Below, piece after piece: positions 1 through 9,452 of a stretch of 64,000 nucleotides of DNA (positions within the stretch are counted from its first letter, which is position 1; every line of letters begins with the position of its first letter). The position numbers and the translations under genes were made by a program. Source of the stretch: Clostridia bacterium (lineage in GTDB: Bacteria; Bacillota; Clostridia; Oscillospirales; CAG-272); NCBI GenBank assembly GCA_024405755.1, contig JAKSOD010000004.1:991-64990 (forward strand), written 5' to 3'. Under the pieces are notes generated by a model. The model saw nothing but the letters and a program-made list of their open reading frames with translations. It was not told the DNA's origin and searched no databases.

Positions 1-662
1 AACAATTCAAGAAGCTCTTCCGGACGGTCAACGAAAACGTCGGCACCGCACGAACGGAGCAGATCAATAGGACGGTATCCCCACGTGACAGTGACGTGAG
101 CAGAGAATCCTGCGTTCTGTGCAACACGAACGTCTGTTTCTCCGTCGCCTATCATTACGGCATCTTCCGGAGAGATTCCGAGCGTGCGGCAGAGTTCGAG
201 CGCGCCGGCAGGATCGGGTTTGCGGTGACGTTCGGGAGTATTTCCGAATGATAGACTGAATTCACCGTTTGGGAACAAAAAGGAAATCAGATTTTTTACA
301 TATGCATCCTGCTTGTTTGACAAAACAGCAAGGATGTATCCCCGGCGTTTCAGTTCCCGCACGGTATCGGAGATTCCGGAATAGTTCTCTCTCGTGTTCA
401 TATACGTAAGACCGTAAGTCCGGTTGTAAATTTCAAGCAGGCGGTCGGTTATCGCGTCGTCATTGTATAATTCGGGCGGGAGCATCCGGCGGCAGAGCAT
501 ACGCGCTCCGTCACCGAGGGAACGCCGAACGTGATCCACGCTGCGGCGCGGTAAGCCGCATTCGTCAAGTGCGAGATTCATTCCATCCGTGATGGCGGAA
601 ATCGTGTCGGCAAGTGTGCCGTCAAGATCAAAGATCAGAAGTTTTGCATTTATCGGAGTCAT
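1..662 (-). CDS. HAD-superfamily hydrolase (phosphoglycolate phosphatase / PpaX-like); 3' end lies outside the window
   Basis: The reverse strand from the ATG at 662-660 reads MTPINAKLLIFDLDGTLADTISAITDGMNLALDECG. DxDGT is HAD motif I. The frame stays open to position 1 (...DVFVDRPEELLEL). Confidence 0.8.
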   Translation of the reverse strand, partial: MTPINAKLLIFDLDGTLADTISAITDGMNLALDECGLPRRSVDHVRRSLGDGARMLCRRMLPPELYNDDAITDRLLEIYNRTYGLTYMNTRENYSGISDTVRELKRRGYILAVLSNKQDAYVKNLISFLFPNGEFSLSFGNTPERHRKPDPAGALELCRTLGISPEDAVMIGDGETDVRVAQNAGFSAHVTVTWGYRPIDLLRSCGADVFVDRPEELLEL

Positions 663-690
663 TTTGACAAAAAGCTACCTTTTTTATATA

Positions 691-1803
691 TTATTTATTT
701 TCACCGAGAAGGGAATTGTTCAGTTCTTCGAGAAAATCGCGTATTTTCTTGCGGTTAAGAGCATAATAAATGCGATTGGACTCGCGGCGTATCTCGACAA
801 ATCCCGCTTCAAGCAAAAGTGACATATGGTGAGAAACGGTCGCGGTGGAAAGATCAAGCAAAGACGCTATCTGTTGACCGTATTTTGGACTTTCCGCAAG
901 AAGTTTGAGTATTTCAAATTTTCGGTTATCACCCATGGTACGCAGAGAACGGCATAGTTTGTCATCAACTGTCGAAACATCGGTTATTTCTCTCAGCGGT
1001 TCAAAAAGAACACCGACATAGAGAAAATCGGTGATTTTCTGTGAAGTGTAACTCATAAGGTACTGAGTTGTGTTGCACATGGCAATAGACGGTTGAAGAT
1101 ACAGAACATCTGCTGATGTAGATATTTTCACGGAGTAATTGCTTTCTATAAATTTCGCTCCTCCTGCTGCCATGGGTTCACTGACAGCAGCGAGGAACCA
1201 GCCTATATAGTGCTTTACAGACTCATATTTACTCATATAAAGTTCCCCTGCGGAAGTCAGTATCCCCGCAAGAAGTTCTCTGTACTCTTCATAATTATTA
1301 TAAAGTTTGCAAAGCTGCCACTTTTCGTCTTCCGGTACGGGCATTTTTTCAATAAAATCAAATAATTCCGCAAAATTAGTCACAACACCCGAAAAATCGT
1401 CAGAAGCAAACTCGGAAATGAGCATAGAAGAGAAATTTACAAAAAACATAGCCTTTGACTGATCCTTCAAGGCAGCAATATCCGTTTTAAAATCGGGGGA
1501 AGGCCTTCTGCAAATGTCGTGGATCAGATAAAATGCAAAACATCCCTTCATTGAAGAGTGCCTTGCAAACAAAAAATCCAACAGAGCGGGATCTGTTTCA
1601 GATTCGATTCCGCCGGTAACGAACTCCGACAAATCAATTATGGCATCGAAGCAACTGTTAAGGACATTTTCGTCAATAGCAAACTTCTTAAGGATCGCCT
1701 GTTTGAGATCACGGCATGATTGATCGTTTCGGCTGTTAAATAAAAGCATTGCGGATTCGAAAACCAGATTCGGTTCGTGCAGCAGGATGGCTTCAACTTC
1801 CAT
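691..1803 (-). CDS. ArsR/SmtB-family transcriptional regulator with a long unrecognised N-terminal domain
   Basis: The ORF is 370 aa. The C-terminal segment NRKFEILKLLAESPKYGQQIASLLDLSTATVSHHMSLLLEAGFVEIRRESNRIYYAL is a typical ArsR winged HTH. I do not recognise the first ~270 aa. Confidence 0.75.
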   Translation of the reverse strand: MEVEAILLHEPNLVFESAMLLFNSRNDQSCRDLKQAILKKFAIDENVLNSCFDAIIDLSEFVTGGIESETDPALLDFLFARHSSMKGCFAFYLIHDICRRPSPDFKTDIAALKDQSKAMFFVNFSSMLISEFASDDFSGVVTNFAELFDFIEKMPVPEDEKWQLCKLYNNYEEYRELLAGILTSAGELYMSKYESVKHYIGWFLAAVSEPMAAGGAKFIESNYSVKISTSADVLYLQPSIAMCNTTQYLMSYTSQKITDFLYVGVLFEPLREITDVSTVDDKLCRSLRTMGDNRKFEILKLLAESPKYGQQIASLLDLSTATVSHHMSLLLEAGFVEIRRESNRIYYALNRKKIRDFLEELNNSLLGENK

Positions 1804-2545
1804 GATTGTGCTCCTTTATACCTTTCGGTGATCAAATGATTTCGTTGATTCTGTGGCGTGAGTAATGTAACTCAAAAATATGCAGAAAGCAAACAGAAAA
1901 ACAACTGTCTTCAATTATTTGAAAGAGACGAATGAATTACGTGCTTGCTAATATGTATCGGTACTATTATCTGTCAACTCGTGAAAATCAGCGAGCATTC
2001 GTTGGGAATATCGACTGCTCGATTTGACGTTTTACGTACATAATACCTATTCATTTAGAAATATATCACATAAATAAAACATTGTCAAGTGCTTTTTATA
2101 AAAATAAATCAAACATTCGACGACACTATCTGCAATTAGTTAGACAAACATCGAAAATCATACAAGTATCAATCAAAAATATTAGATGCTAATCGCGAAA
2201 TAATTGAAACCAATTTGAAAACCGTGAAATAAAAAACGCTTGATTTATATCTAAAAATCCATTTTGGATAATAATGAAAAAATACATGACAGGCGTAAAA
2301 TATTATGTTTGACTTGTTAGATGAGTGTAAGAAAAGATGTTCTGAAGATTCGCTGCACATCAATATGTTAATGTGTGTTGTTTTGGGGTCTGAAACGGAA
2401 ATACAGTGAATTTTTGTTTGATTTGCACAATCTTTTTGGCGAAAATTTATAAATTATTATTGTTTTAAAGTCTTTTACCAAATTTATTTTTATGATATAA
2501 TATAATGTATTTTTATGAAACTATGATACCTTGCGAGGGAGTATT

Positions 2546-4387
2546 ATGAACGTCAAAAGAGAAGATTTAAGAAACATTGCAATTATCGCTCACGTTGACC
2601 ACGGTAAGACCACTCTGGTTGACGAAATGCTTAAACAGGGCGGAATTTATCGCGACAATCAGGAAACCGTTACCCGTGTTATGGACTCCGGTGATCTTGA
2701 ACGTGAACGCGGAATTACTATTCTTGCAAAAAATACCGCTGTCCATTATAAAGATGTAAAAATTAATATCGTAGATACTCCCGGGCACGCTGATTTCGGC
2801 GGTGAGGTTGAGCGTGTTATGAAGATGGTCAACGGAGTGATACTGCTTGTTGATGCTGCGGAAGGTCCTATGCCCCAGACGCGTTTTGTTCTTCAGCGTG
2901 CGCTTGAACTTAATCACCCTATTATTGTTGTGGTTAACAAGATAGACAAGCCCGATGCCCGTCTTGACGAAGTAGTTGATGAAGTCCTTGAACTTCTTAT
3001 TGATCTTAATGCCTCCGACGAACAGCTTGACAGTCCCGTTCTTTTCTGCTCGGGACGTGCAGGTACTGCTTCTCTGTCTGCGGATGTTCCCGGAACAGAT
3101 CTTACTCCTTTGTTTGATACCATTCTTAATTATATTCCGGCTCCCGAAGGCTCCGTTGACGACGATCTCCAACTGCTTGTTTCTTCTATTGATTATAACG
3201 ATTATGTCGGACGTATCGGAATCGGACGCATTGAAAGAGGAACGATCAAGCAGAATCAGGATGTTTATATTACTAATTTCCATTCAAATGCTTCTCCAAA
3301 GAGAGTACGTATCCAGGCACTTTATCAGTTTGACGGTCTGAACCGTATCCCCGTGGAAAGTGCGAAGATGGGCGATATCATCGCTTTCTCAGGTGCGGGC
3401 GACATCACTATCGGTGATACCGTAACGTCACTTGCACGTCCCGAGCCTCTTGAATTTGTTAAAGTCAGCGAACCTACCATTGAAATGACTTTCTCCGTAA
3501 ACGACAGTCCTTTTGCCGGACGCGAAGGAAAATACGTTACTTCCCGTCAGATTCGCGACAGACTCTATCGTGAACTGCTCAAAGATGTATCTCTCCGTGT
3601 GCGCGACGGCGAGACTACCGATAACTTTTATGTTTCGGGACGCGGTGAAATGCATCTTTCAATTCTTATTGAAACCATGCGACGTGAAGGATATGAGGTT
3701 TGCTGTTCTACGCCGAGAGTTCTGTTTCGTGAGATCGACGGAGTCAAGTGTGAACCTATTGAACGTGTTTCCATTGACGTCCCCACAGATTACGTAGGGC
3801 CGGTTATCGAAAAACTCGGTCAGCGTCACGGTGAACTTCTTGAAATGTCTTCTCACGGAACCCGTTCAAGACTCGAATACAAGATTCCGACCCGCTGCCT
3901 CTTCGGTTATCGTTCAAAGTTTATGACTGATACCCGCGGAGAAGGTATCTTAAACTCCGTCTTTGACAGTTATGCCCCCTATGCAGGAGAGATTCAGATG
4001 CGCTTTACCGGATCTCTTGTAGCAAGCGAACAGGGCATTACCACTTCTTACGGTCTTTATAACTGCCAGGATCGCGGAAGAATGTTTGTTACCGTGGGTG
4101 TTCCGGTGTATGAGGGACAGATTGTCGGCGAATGTCCGAAAATGGAAGATATCACTCTTAACCCCTGCAAGGAAAAGCATCTTACCGCCGTCCGTTCCAC
4201 CGGTGCCGACGAGAAACTTCTCCTTACTCCTCCCGTGATATTCAGCCTTGAAGAGGCTATTGAATACATTGTTGATGACGAACTTATCGAGGTCACCCCT
4301 AAAACTATTCGTCTGCGCAAGAGAATTTTAGATACCGAGACACGTCTGAAGGCTCAGAGCCGTATCAAAAAGGGACTCGCAAACTGA
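2546..4387 (+). CDS. typA: Translational GTPase TypA/BipA
   Basis: It carries [12 protein letters not shown] (G1), [14 protein letters not shown] (G3) and NKID (G4), with an EF-G-like length. I moved the start to the ATG at 2546, behind GAGGGAG. The ORF track begins at an upstream TTG. Confidence 0.95.
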   Translation: MNVKREDLRNIAIIAHVDHGKTTLVDEMLKQGGIYRDNQETVTRVMDSGDLERERGITILAKNTAVHYKDVKINIVDTPGHADFGGEVERVMKMVNGVILLVDAAEGPMPQTRFVLQRALELNHPIIVVVNKIDKPDARLDEVVDEVLELLIDLNASDEQLDSPVLFCSGRAGTASLSADVPGTDLTPLFDTILNYIPAPEGSVDDDLQLLVSSIDYNDYVGRIGIGRIERGTIKQNQDVYITNFHSNASPKRVRIQALYQFDGLNRIPVESAKMGDIIAFSGAGDITIGDTVTSLARPEPLEFVKVSEPTIEMTFSVNDSPFAGREGKYVTSRQIRDRLYRELLKDVSLRVRDGETTDNFYVSGRGEMHLSILIETMRREGYEVCCSTPRVLFREIDGVKCEPIERVSIDVPTDYVGPVIEKLGQRHGELLEMSSHGTRSRLEYKIPTRCLFGYRSKFMTDTRGEGILNSVFDSYAPYAGEIQMRFTGSLVASEQGITTSYGLYNCQDRGRMFVTVGVPVYEGQIVGECPKMEDITLNPCKEKHLTAVRSTGADEKLLLTPPVIFSLEEAIEYIVDDELIEVTPKTIRLRKRILDTETRLKAQSRIKKGLAN

Positions 4388-4402
4388 ATATTAAAGCAAA
4401 AA

Positions 4403-4448
4403 GGCTGTTAAAAACCTCGTTCCCGAGGTTTTTAACAGCCAATTTTTT
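4403..4448. terminator. Intrinsic terminator hairpin after typA; member of the conserved GTTAAAAACTCG hairpin family
   Basis: ggctgttaaaaacctcg-ttcc-cgaggtttttaacagcc forms a perfect 17-bp stem and is followed by aattttttat. Confidence 0.8.
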
Positions 4449-4536
4449 ATTTGAGTGGATAATTATGGCTTTTTTGAACTGAACTTTATATTTTTTTATA
4501 AGCGAAAAAAGCTTCAGATCTTTTTCACTTTTTTTG

Positions 4537-4580
4537 TGACAGAAAACTGTCAGTAGAAAAAATCCATGCGGTGATAAAAT
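4537..4580 (+). promoter_or_regulatory. Possible operator plus extended -10 promoter for the tail-fibre cassette
   Basis: The inverted repeat TGACAG-aaaa-CTGTCA lies at 4537-4552. A TGaTAAAAT extended -10-like element lies at 4572-4580. There is no clear -35. Confidence 0.3.
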
Positions 4581-4590
4581 TTATTACGGA

Positions 4591-6927
4591 ATGGCAAAAA
4601 CATCATTTCTGCCTAAAAAAGGCAGAATCAACAGAAAGGAAGAAAAATTGAGAAGAATTAGAATGAGAGCCACCGGATTCCGACTTGATCCCGACTGGGA
4701 TATAGCGGGAACGGTAGGAAGCAGGGGAGTAGCAAGTATTTCCTTTGATTTCAGCAACGAATGGCAGGGACTGGCAAAGCGGCTGACGTTTTATCCGAAG
4801 GGTGAAACGACAGGAGTGTCGATCCTTATGCAGAGCGACGACGAGGAAATACTTCTTCCGCCCGAAGCATATTCAAAACCCGGGGAGACAACATTTGTTA
4901 TCGACGGTGTGGGAAACAACGGAGTCAAACTGATCACACTGAGGGGCAGACTACGTATTCTCGATACAGCGCCTGCGGGCGGAGGCGAGCCTTCGGAGCC
5001 GTCTCCCACGGAAGTTGAACAGATAATGCTTGCCTTGTCGGAACTGACGGATAAGACCGAAAGACTTGACGGCAAGCTTGATCCCGTAGAGGGAGATGCC
5101 GACATGGAAGACAATATCGCGGTGCTGACTGCCGACGGAAAGGTCACGGACAGCGGTCTTTCGGTGGATGATGTTCTGACGGAACATCCGCAGACCGATG
5201 TGGAAGATGATACGACATTGTCCGTAAAACTTGATAACGGCGGGAATTTCGGCGTGATAAGTGACATTGAGCGTGATGAAAACGGTCATGTGAAGTCTGT
5301 GGAGTACGGTGAAATTGAATTGCCGCGCCGTCGTTCCATTCATATCGGAACCGAGCCGAAATATTCCGTTCCTGTCGGAACCGAGTACATTTACGACCAA
5401 GGAGAATATGAGATCGGTATTACCGGAAGATATACCGTTGAAAACAATAATAGTATGGCATCGGGGATCAGAACTCAGTATTACATTACGACACCCGGAG
5501 ACGATACTCCTGCACTTGTTGCCGTAATGTTTATGACCCAGAAGTTCACCTCATACATCAGAAAGGGACAGATCCTTCATGTCTTAGGTAATAATGTTAA
5601 GGTAACCCTTGAAAGTTATGCATCCGGAGAGAACGGTGACGTTCCCGAATACCGCGAGGGAGATTATTTCCTGAACAGCGAAAGCGGCGATCTTTTTGTC
5701 TGTACGGCTGAGCAGGAAAGTGATGCTCTTGCCGAATGGGAATACACCGGAAAACTTCCGGAAAACCTTCCGGTGGCGACACCAACCGTGCTTGGAGGTG
5801 TGAGGCCCGTGGCAAAGGAAGATTATATGACTGTGCCCGTCGGCATTGACAGCACGAACGGAAGACTTTACACCGTACTTTGGGGATCTTCTTCCGTAGA
5901 TTCATGGGCGGATGTTCAGAGAATTGTCCGTTCGGGACTTGCGTCTCAGGTATTTGAAATCGGAGACCAGCTGACCTGCGAGAAAAACGGAGAGACTCTG
6001 ACATGGGATATCATAGGTTTTGATCACGACATTCCCGCTGAACAGGGATTGGAACACAGTATGACATTGCAGCTCCATTCCGCTATCGGTGCTGTACAGT
6101 ATGACGCGGGTGAGGCAGTTTACTTCGCCGAAGAAGGACTTGCGGCAGGAACGTATCATTTCAAACTGACCAACGGATATCTTACCTCATACGGAGGAGG
6201 AAGAATGGTGGAGTTCACGGTTGATTCGGAAATACCTGCCGGAGCGTTGATATGCTTTGAATGGCCTGATAATACCGATGCTTCCGATGCAACGGTAAAG
6301 ATTTATTCTGACCGTACATGTTCCGTTTGCCTTGATTCGGTAAATGTTGATTACGGAGAAGGCGGAACGCTGCTTGAAAATACCAATAATGCAAAAATGG
6401 TCAGGTGCGGTAACGGAAGATGGCGTGATTCCGCCATCAGACAGTATCTTAACAGTACTGATGAAGCAGGCGAAGTCTGGACACCGAAAAACGATTTTGA
6501 TCTTGCTCCCGTGTGGGCGGATACTCTCCCGGGATTTCTCAACGGAATTGACCCGGATTTTCTTAGTGTTATCGGAAATGTCAGAAAAAAGAGCCAGATA
6601 AACACAGGATCGGAAACGGGTCTTGAAGAGACGGAAGACAAAGTGTACCTTCTTTCGTTGTCAGAGGTTTACGGTAATCCTGACGATCCTGATTCTGAAA
6701 TGCCGTTTGAGTATTATTCTGAAAACTCACAACTGACAGAGCCCGGAAACGGGGAGAATGCAGTGAGAAAAAAATACTACGGAACGGAAAGTGTGATCTG
6801 GCTTCTGCGTGACGGCAGACAGGCAAATCAGAATGTTATTATGTTTGTAAACAAAAACGGAACTGTTGGGTATACAAATGCCAACGGATCTGTCGGTTAC
6901 TGTATCCCCGCATGCTGTATTGTGTAA
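4591..6927 (+). CDS. Phage tail-fibre / baseplate-upper-protein-like protein with a DUF6273-like C-terminal domain
   Basis: The ORF is 778 aa. The N-terminus (RATGFRLDPDWDIAGTVGSRGVASISFDFSNEW...TFVIDGVGNNG...LRGRLRILD) resembles phage BppU-type fibre N-domains. The C-terminus has ...RWRDSAIRQYLNS...KVYLLSLSEVYG...IWLLRDG..., as seen in DUF6273-type domains. An alternative start is M25 at 4663. Confidence 0.6.
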   Translation: MAKTSFLPKKGRINRKEEKLRRIRMRATGFRLDPDWDIAGTVGSRGVASISFDFSNEWQGLAKRLTFYPKGETTGVSILMQSDDEEILLPPEAYSKPGETTFVIDGVGNNGVKLITLRGRLRILDTAPAGGGEPSEPSPTEVEQIMLALSELTDKTERLDGKLDPVEGDADMEDNIAVLTADGKVTDSGLSVDDVLTEHPQTDVEDDTTLSVKLDNGGNFGVISDIERDENGHVKSVEYGEIELPRRRSIHIGTEPKYSVPVGTEYIYDQGEYEIGITGRYTVENNNSMASGIRTQYYITTPGDDTPALVAVMFMTQKFTSYIRKGQILHVLGNNVKVTLESYASGENGDVPEYREGDYFLNSESGDLFVCTAEQESDALAEWEYTGKLPENLPVATPTVLGGVRPVAKEDYMTVPVGIDSTNGRLYTVLWGSSSVDSWADVQRIVRSGLASQVFEIGDQLTCEKNGETLTWDIIGFDHDIPAEQGLEHSMTLQLHSAIGAVQYDAGEAVYFAEEGLAAGTYHFKLTNGYLTSYGGGRMVEFTVDSEIPAGALICFEWPDNTDASDATVKIYSDRTCSVCLDSVNVDYGEGGTLLENTNNAKMVRCGNGRWRDSAIRQYLNSTDEAGEVWTPKNDFDLAPVWADTLPGFLNGIDPDFLSVIGNVRKKSQINTGSETGLEETEDKVYLLSLSEVYGNPDDPDSEMPFEYYSENSQLTEPGNGENAVRKKYYGTESVIWLLRDGRQANQNVIMFVNKNGTVGYTNANGSVGYCIPACCIV

Positions 6928-6939
6928 AAGGAGTAAAAA

Positions 6940-7122
6940 ATGAAATACTATTCAAGAAAAAACAGCTTGGTCAAAGAAAGGATCGCTAACGAAGAAGTTC
7001 GTGAACGACTTGAAAAAATAATCAGCGACCTTGATTATATTGCAATGCTGACTGACGTAGACCTCGGTGAAGTTGAGGAAAACGAAGAATACAGTACAGA
7101 AAACGGCAGGGAGGAAAACTGA
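6940..7122 (+). CDS. Small acidic hypothetical protein (60 aa) in the phage-like cassette
   Basis: An AAGGAG RBS lies 7 nt upstream. The gene is tightly packed between the fibre gene and the XkdX-like gene. It has no TM segment and no recognised domain. Confidence 0.5.
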   Translation: MKYYSRKNSLVKERIANEEVRERLEKIISDLDYIAMLTDVDLGEVEENEEYSTENGREEN

Positions 7123-7123
7123 A

Positions 7124-7306
7124 ATGACGGATAAAACGACTGACGGAATCAATGCCGCACACAGCCCTATGTTTGAAAAAATCAGAGGGTATTTCAGACG
7201 CGGATTGTGGAATGAAATGCGGATTAAAAACGCCGTGATCAAGGAGAAGATCAGTACGGATGAATTCTTTGAAATCACGGGGAAAACATTCTCTTATATT
7301 ATATAA
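7124..7306 (+). CDS. XkdX-family phage protein (60 aa)
   Basis: MFEKIRGYFRRGLWNEMRIKNAVIKEKISTDEFFEITGK matches the XkdX pattern (F..I+.yY..GlW....v.naV.kg.It.eey.eITG). The ATG at 7124 follows a GGGAGGAAAA RBS and lies 1 nt after the upstream stop. Confidence 0.7.
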   Translation: MTDKTTDGINAAHSPMFEKIRGYFRRGLWNEMRIKNAVIKEKISTDEFFEITGKTFSYII

Positions 7307-7323
7307 AATAGGAAGGAATAATA

Positions 7324-7965
7324 ATGGCAACACGCTTTTTTCCGGGTTATGATTCATATAAAATAACGTCTCCGTTCGGGGATGTCAGATCGTGGGGAGT
7401 CCACGAAGGAGTGGATCTCGTGGCTGTAAATTCATCCGGAAGTGCCTGCACTGACAGGATCATTGCTTTTGACAGCGGTATCGTGATTGACACCGGGTAC
7501 AATTCAATATCGGGATATTACTGTAAAATAAAGCACAACGACATATATACCACTCTTTACTGTCATATGAAGGTCAATACAGTTGCAGTAAAGAAAGGGC
7601 AGAAGGTAAAAAAAGGTGACGTTCTCGGATATATGGGCAGAACGGGACGCGCCACGGGTGCTCATCTTCACCTCGGACTCTCAAAATACGGTACTTATGT
7701 CGATCCGGTGGATTATTTTGAACGTGATCTTGAAAAAAATGATTCCCTGACGGTGAACTGCCGACGTATGCGCCTCAGACGCGGGTCAGCGGGGGACGAA
7801 ACTGCCCTTTTGCAGCATTTGCTAAATATTCACGGGGCAAAACTTGAAGCCGACGGAGTTTTCGGTGAACTTACCGAATCTTCAGTAAAGAGTTTTCAGT
7901 CATCTCATGGACTTGATGCCGACGGCGTCGTCGGTGTCTTGACGTGGAATGCTCTGATGAATTAA
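7324..7965 (+). CDS. M23 peptidase fused to a peptidoglycan-binding domain (endolysin-like)
   Basis: The M23 signatures are HEGVDL and GRATGAHLHLGL (HxH). The C-terminal segment ALLQHLLNIHGAKLEADGVFGELTESSVKSFQSSHGLDADGVVGVLTWNAL is a PG_binding_1-type repeat. Confidence 0.85.
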   Translation: MATRFFPGYDSYKITSPFGDVRSWGVHEGVDLVAVNSSGSACTDRIIAFDSGIVIDTGYNSISGYYCKIKHNDIYTTLYCHMKVNTVAVKKGQKVKKGDVLGYMGRTGRATGAHLHLGLSKYGTYVDPVDYFERDLEKNDSLTVNCRRMRLRRGSAGDETALLQHLLNIHGAKLEADGVFGELTESSVKSFQSSHGLDADGVVGVLTWNALMN

Positions 7966-7968
7966 AAG

Positions 7969-8016
7969 ATCGGACTGCCGCAAATGGTCAAATCATTTGC
8001 GGCAGTCCGATTTTTT
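7969..8016. terminator. Bidirectional intrinsic terminator between the lysin gene and the convergent LCP gene
   Basis: atcggactgccgcaaatg-gtcaaat-catttgcggcagtccgat forms an 18-bp stem and is followed by a T-run. Confidence 0.8.
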
Positions 8017-9418
8017 ATTTATTGATCGTCTGCTGCCAGAGAGCAATGGTCTTGGTCATATTACTGATCCTGATCATGGATCTTCCCTTGGCATCACGGT
8101 AATAGTACCAATATGGAGAGGTAGGGATTGTAAATGTATTTACATTATACGTCATATAATTCGGAGATTTAAGAATGTATGATGTGAATGTCGTAAATGT
8201 AATATCCGTTGTCACGAGCGGGAACAATTGATTGAGAAGATCGTTCAATTCTCCTATGCTCTTGGTCTTGAGTTTATTGAAGATCGCGGTGATTGCTTTG
8301 CGCTGTCTGTCGGTACGGCCCCAGTCACCGTTTCCGGAGGAACGGTTTCTGCAATGGGCAAGGAGTTGTGCCCCATTCAGATGTACGACCTGACCTTCAA
8401 GAGAAATATCAATTTTGGTGCTTCCGCTTCTTCCGTTTATGTATTCGATTTCCTGAGTGGAGAGTCCTATGTCAATGCCGCCGAGAATATCAAATACTTT
8501 CTGAACGCTTCCGAAATCAACTTTAATGTAATTGTCGATCGTGATTCCGAAATTACGCTTGATCGTATTGATGAGAAGAGAAGTACCTCCGCTTGAATGC
8601 GAAGCATTGAGTCTGTTGTAGAATCCGCCGTTTGCGGGGATATAAACATATGTATCGCGGAGCATGGAAGTTAGTGTTATCGATCCGGTCTTATCGTTAA
8701 TCGAAACGATGATCATTACGTCCGAGAGTCCGTATTTACCGGTGAGGTCACGTCCTATCAGAAGGATATTTTTGATTTTCCCGTTTTTAGGATCAATAGG
8801 ATTCGATGGCGTAAGTGGAGTTGTATCGGGAGCGGGAGTAACATTAGGTCTTGCGGTGGTCGCGGGAGTAGGTTGCGTTTCCGGAGCGGTAGTCTGTGGT
8901 ATCGGTTTTGTCGTTCCCGTGGAAGTGATCGGAGTTGTTCCGTATGATGTACTTTCAGCTGATTCGGTTTCGGTATGTACCGGGAGAGTCTCCGGAGGTA
9001 CGGGAAGAGTCTCCGGAGGAGTCGTGACAGTATCTGGTGTAGTGGGATCTTCCGGGACGCTTGCTTCGTCCGTTTCTCCGGCAAGAATACGGGATACTTC
9101 ATCCCAGTCAATGTAATATTCGCTGTCGTCGCTTTCTCCTCCGGTAACGTATGAAACATCGCCGAATTCGGGCTCATAGGATTCGATCTCCTGCAAGCGG
9201 CTCTCGAGATCTTCGACCGACATGTTTTCACCTTCTGCAAGGGTAACGATGGTTTCGTAATTCATCTTAGAGTAAAAGTTGTACATAATTCCGCCGGCGA
9301 TAAGGACTCCCAGCAGAATGATTCCGAGGATGACGAGCAGAATTATAATTAGAACTTTTTTTGTTTTGCTGCCCTTTTGGGACTTTTTATTTTCAGAGTT
9401 CATTTTTTCGGTATTCAC
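8015..9418 (-). CDS. LytR-CpsA-Psr (LCP) family glycopolymer ligase with a Pro/Thr-rich linker
   Basis: It has an N-terminal TM segment and a PT-rich linker. The LCP core reads ILLIGRD...SDVMIIVSINDKTGSITLTSMLRDTYVYIP...NASHSSGG...NYIKVDFGSVQKVFDILGGIDI. The start is either GTG 9418 or ATG 9403. Confidence 0.9.
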   Translation of the reverse strand: MNTEKMNSENKKSQKGSKTKKVLIIILLVILGIILLGVLIAGGIMYNFYSKMNYETIVTLAEGENMSVEDLESRLQEIESYEPEFGDVSYVTGGESDDSEYYIDWDEVSRILAGETDEASVPEDPTTPDTVTTPPETLPVPPETLPVHTETESAESTSYGTTPITSTGTTKPIPQTTAPETQPTPATTARPNVTPAPDTTPLTPSNPIDPKNGKIKNILLIGRDLTGKYGLSDVMIIVSINDKTGSITLTSMLRDTYVYIPANGGFYNRLNASHSSGGTSLLINTIKRNFGITIDNYIKVDFGSVQKVFDILGGIDIGLSTQEIEYINGRSGSTKIDISLEGQVVHLNGAQLLAHCRNRSSGNGDWGRTDRQRKAITAIFNKLKTKSIGELNDLLNQLFPLVTTDITFTTFTSYILKSPNYMTYNVNTFTIPTSPYWYYYRDAKGRSMIRISNMTKTIALWQQTINK

Positions 9419-9452
9419 CTCGTTTGTTCTTGTGAATGAAATGGTATTCTTA

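Noticed and set aside
589-822. A 77-aa plus-strand ORF
   Set aside because: It overlaps the 5' end of the HAD hydrolase gene and the 3' end of the ArsR-family gene on the opposite strand. It has no RBS.
2169-2363. A 64-aa minus-strand ORF in the AT-rich gap upstream of typA
   Set aside because: It has no RBS and a low-complexity hydrophobic/aromatic translation typical of AT-rich non-coding DNA.
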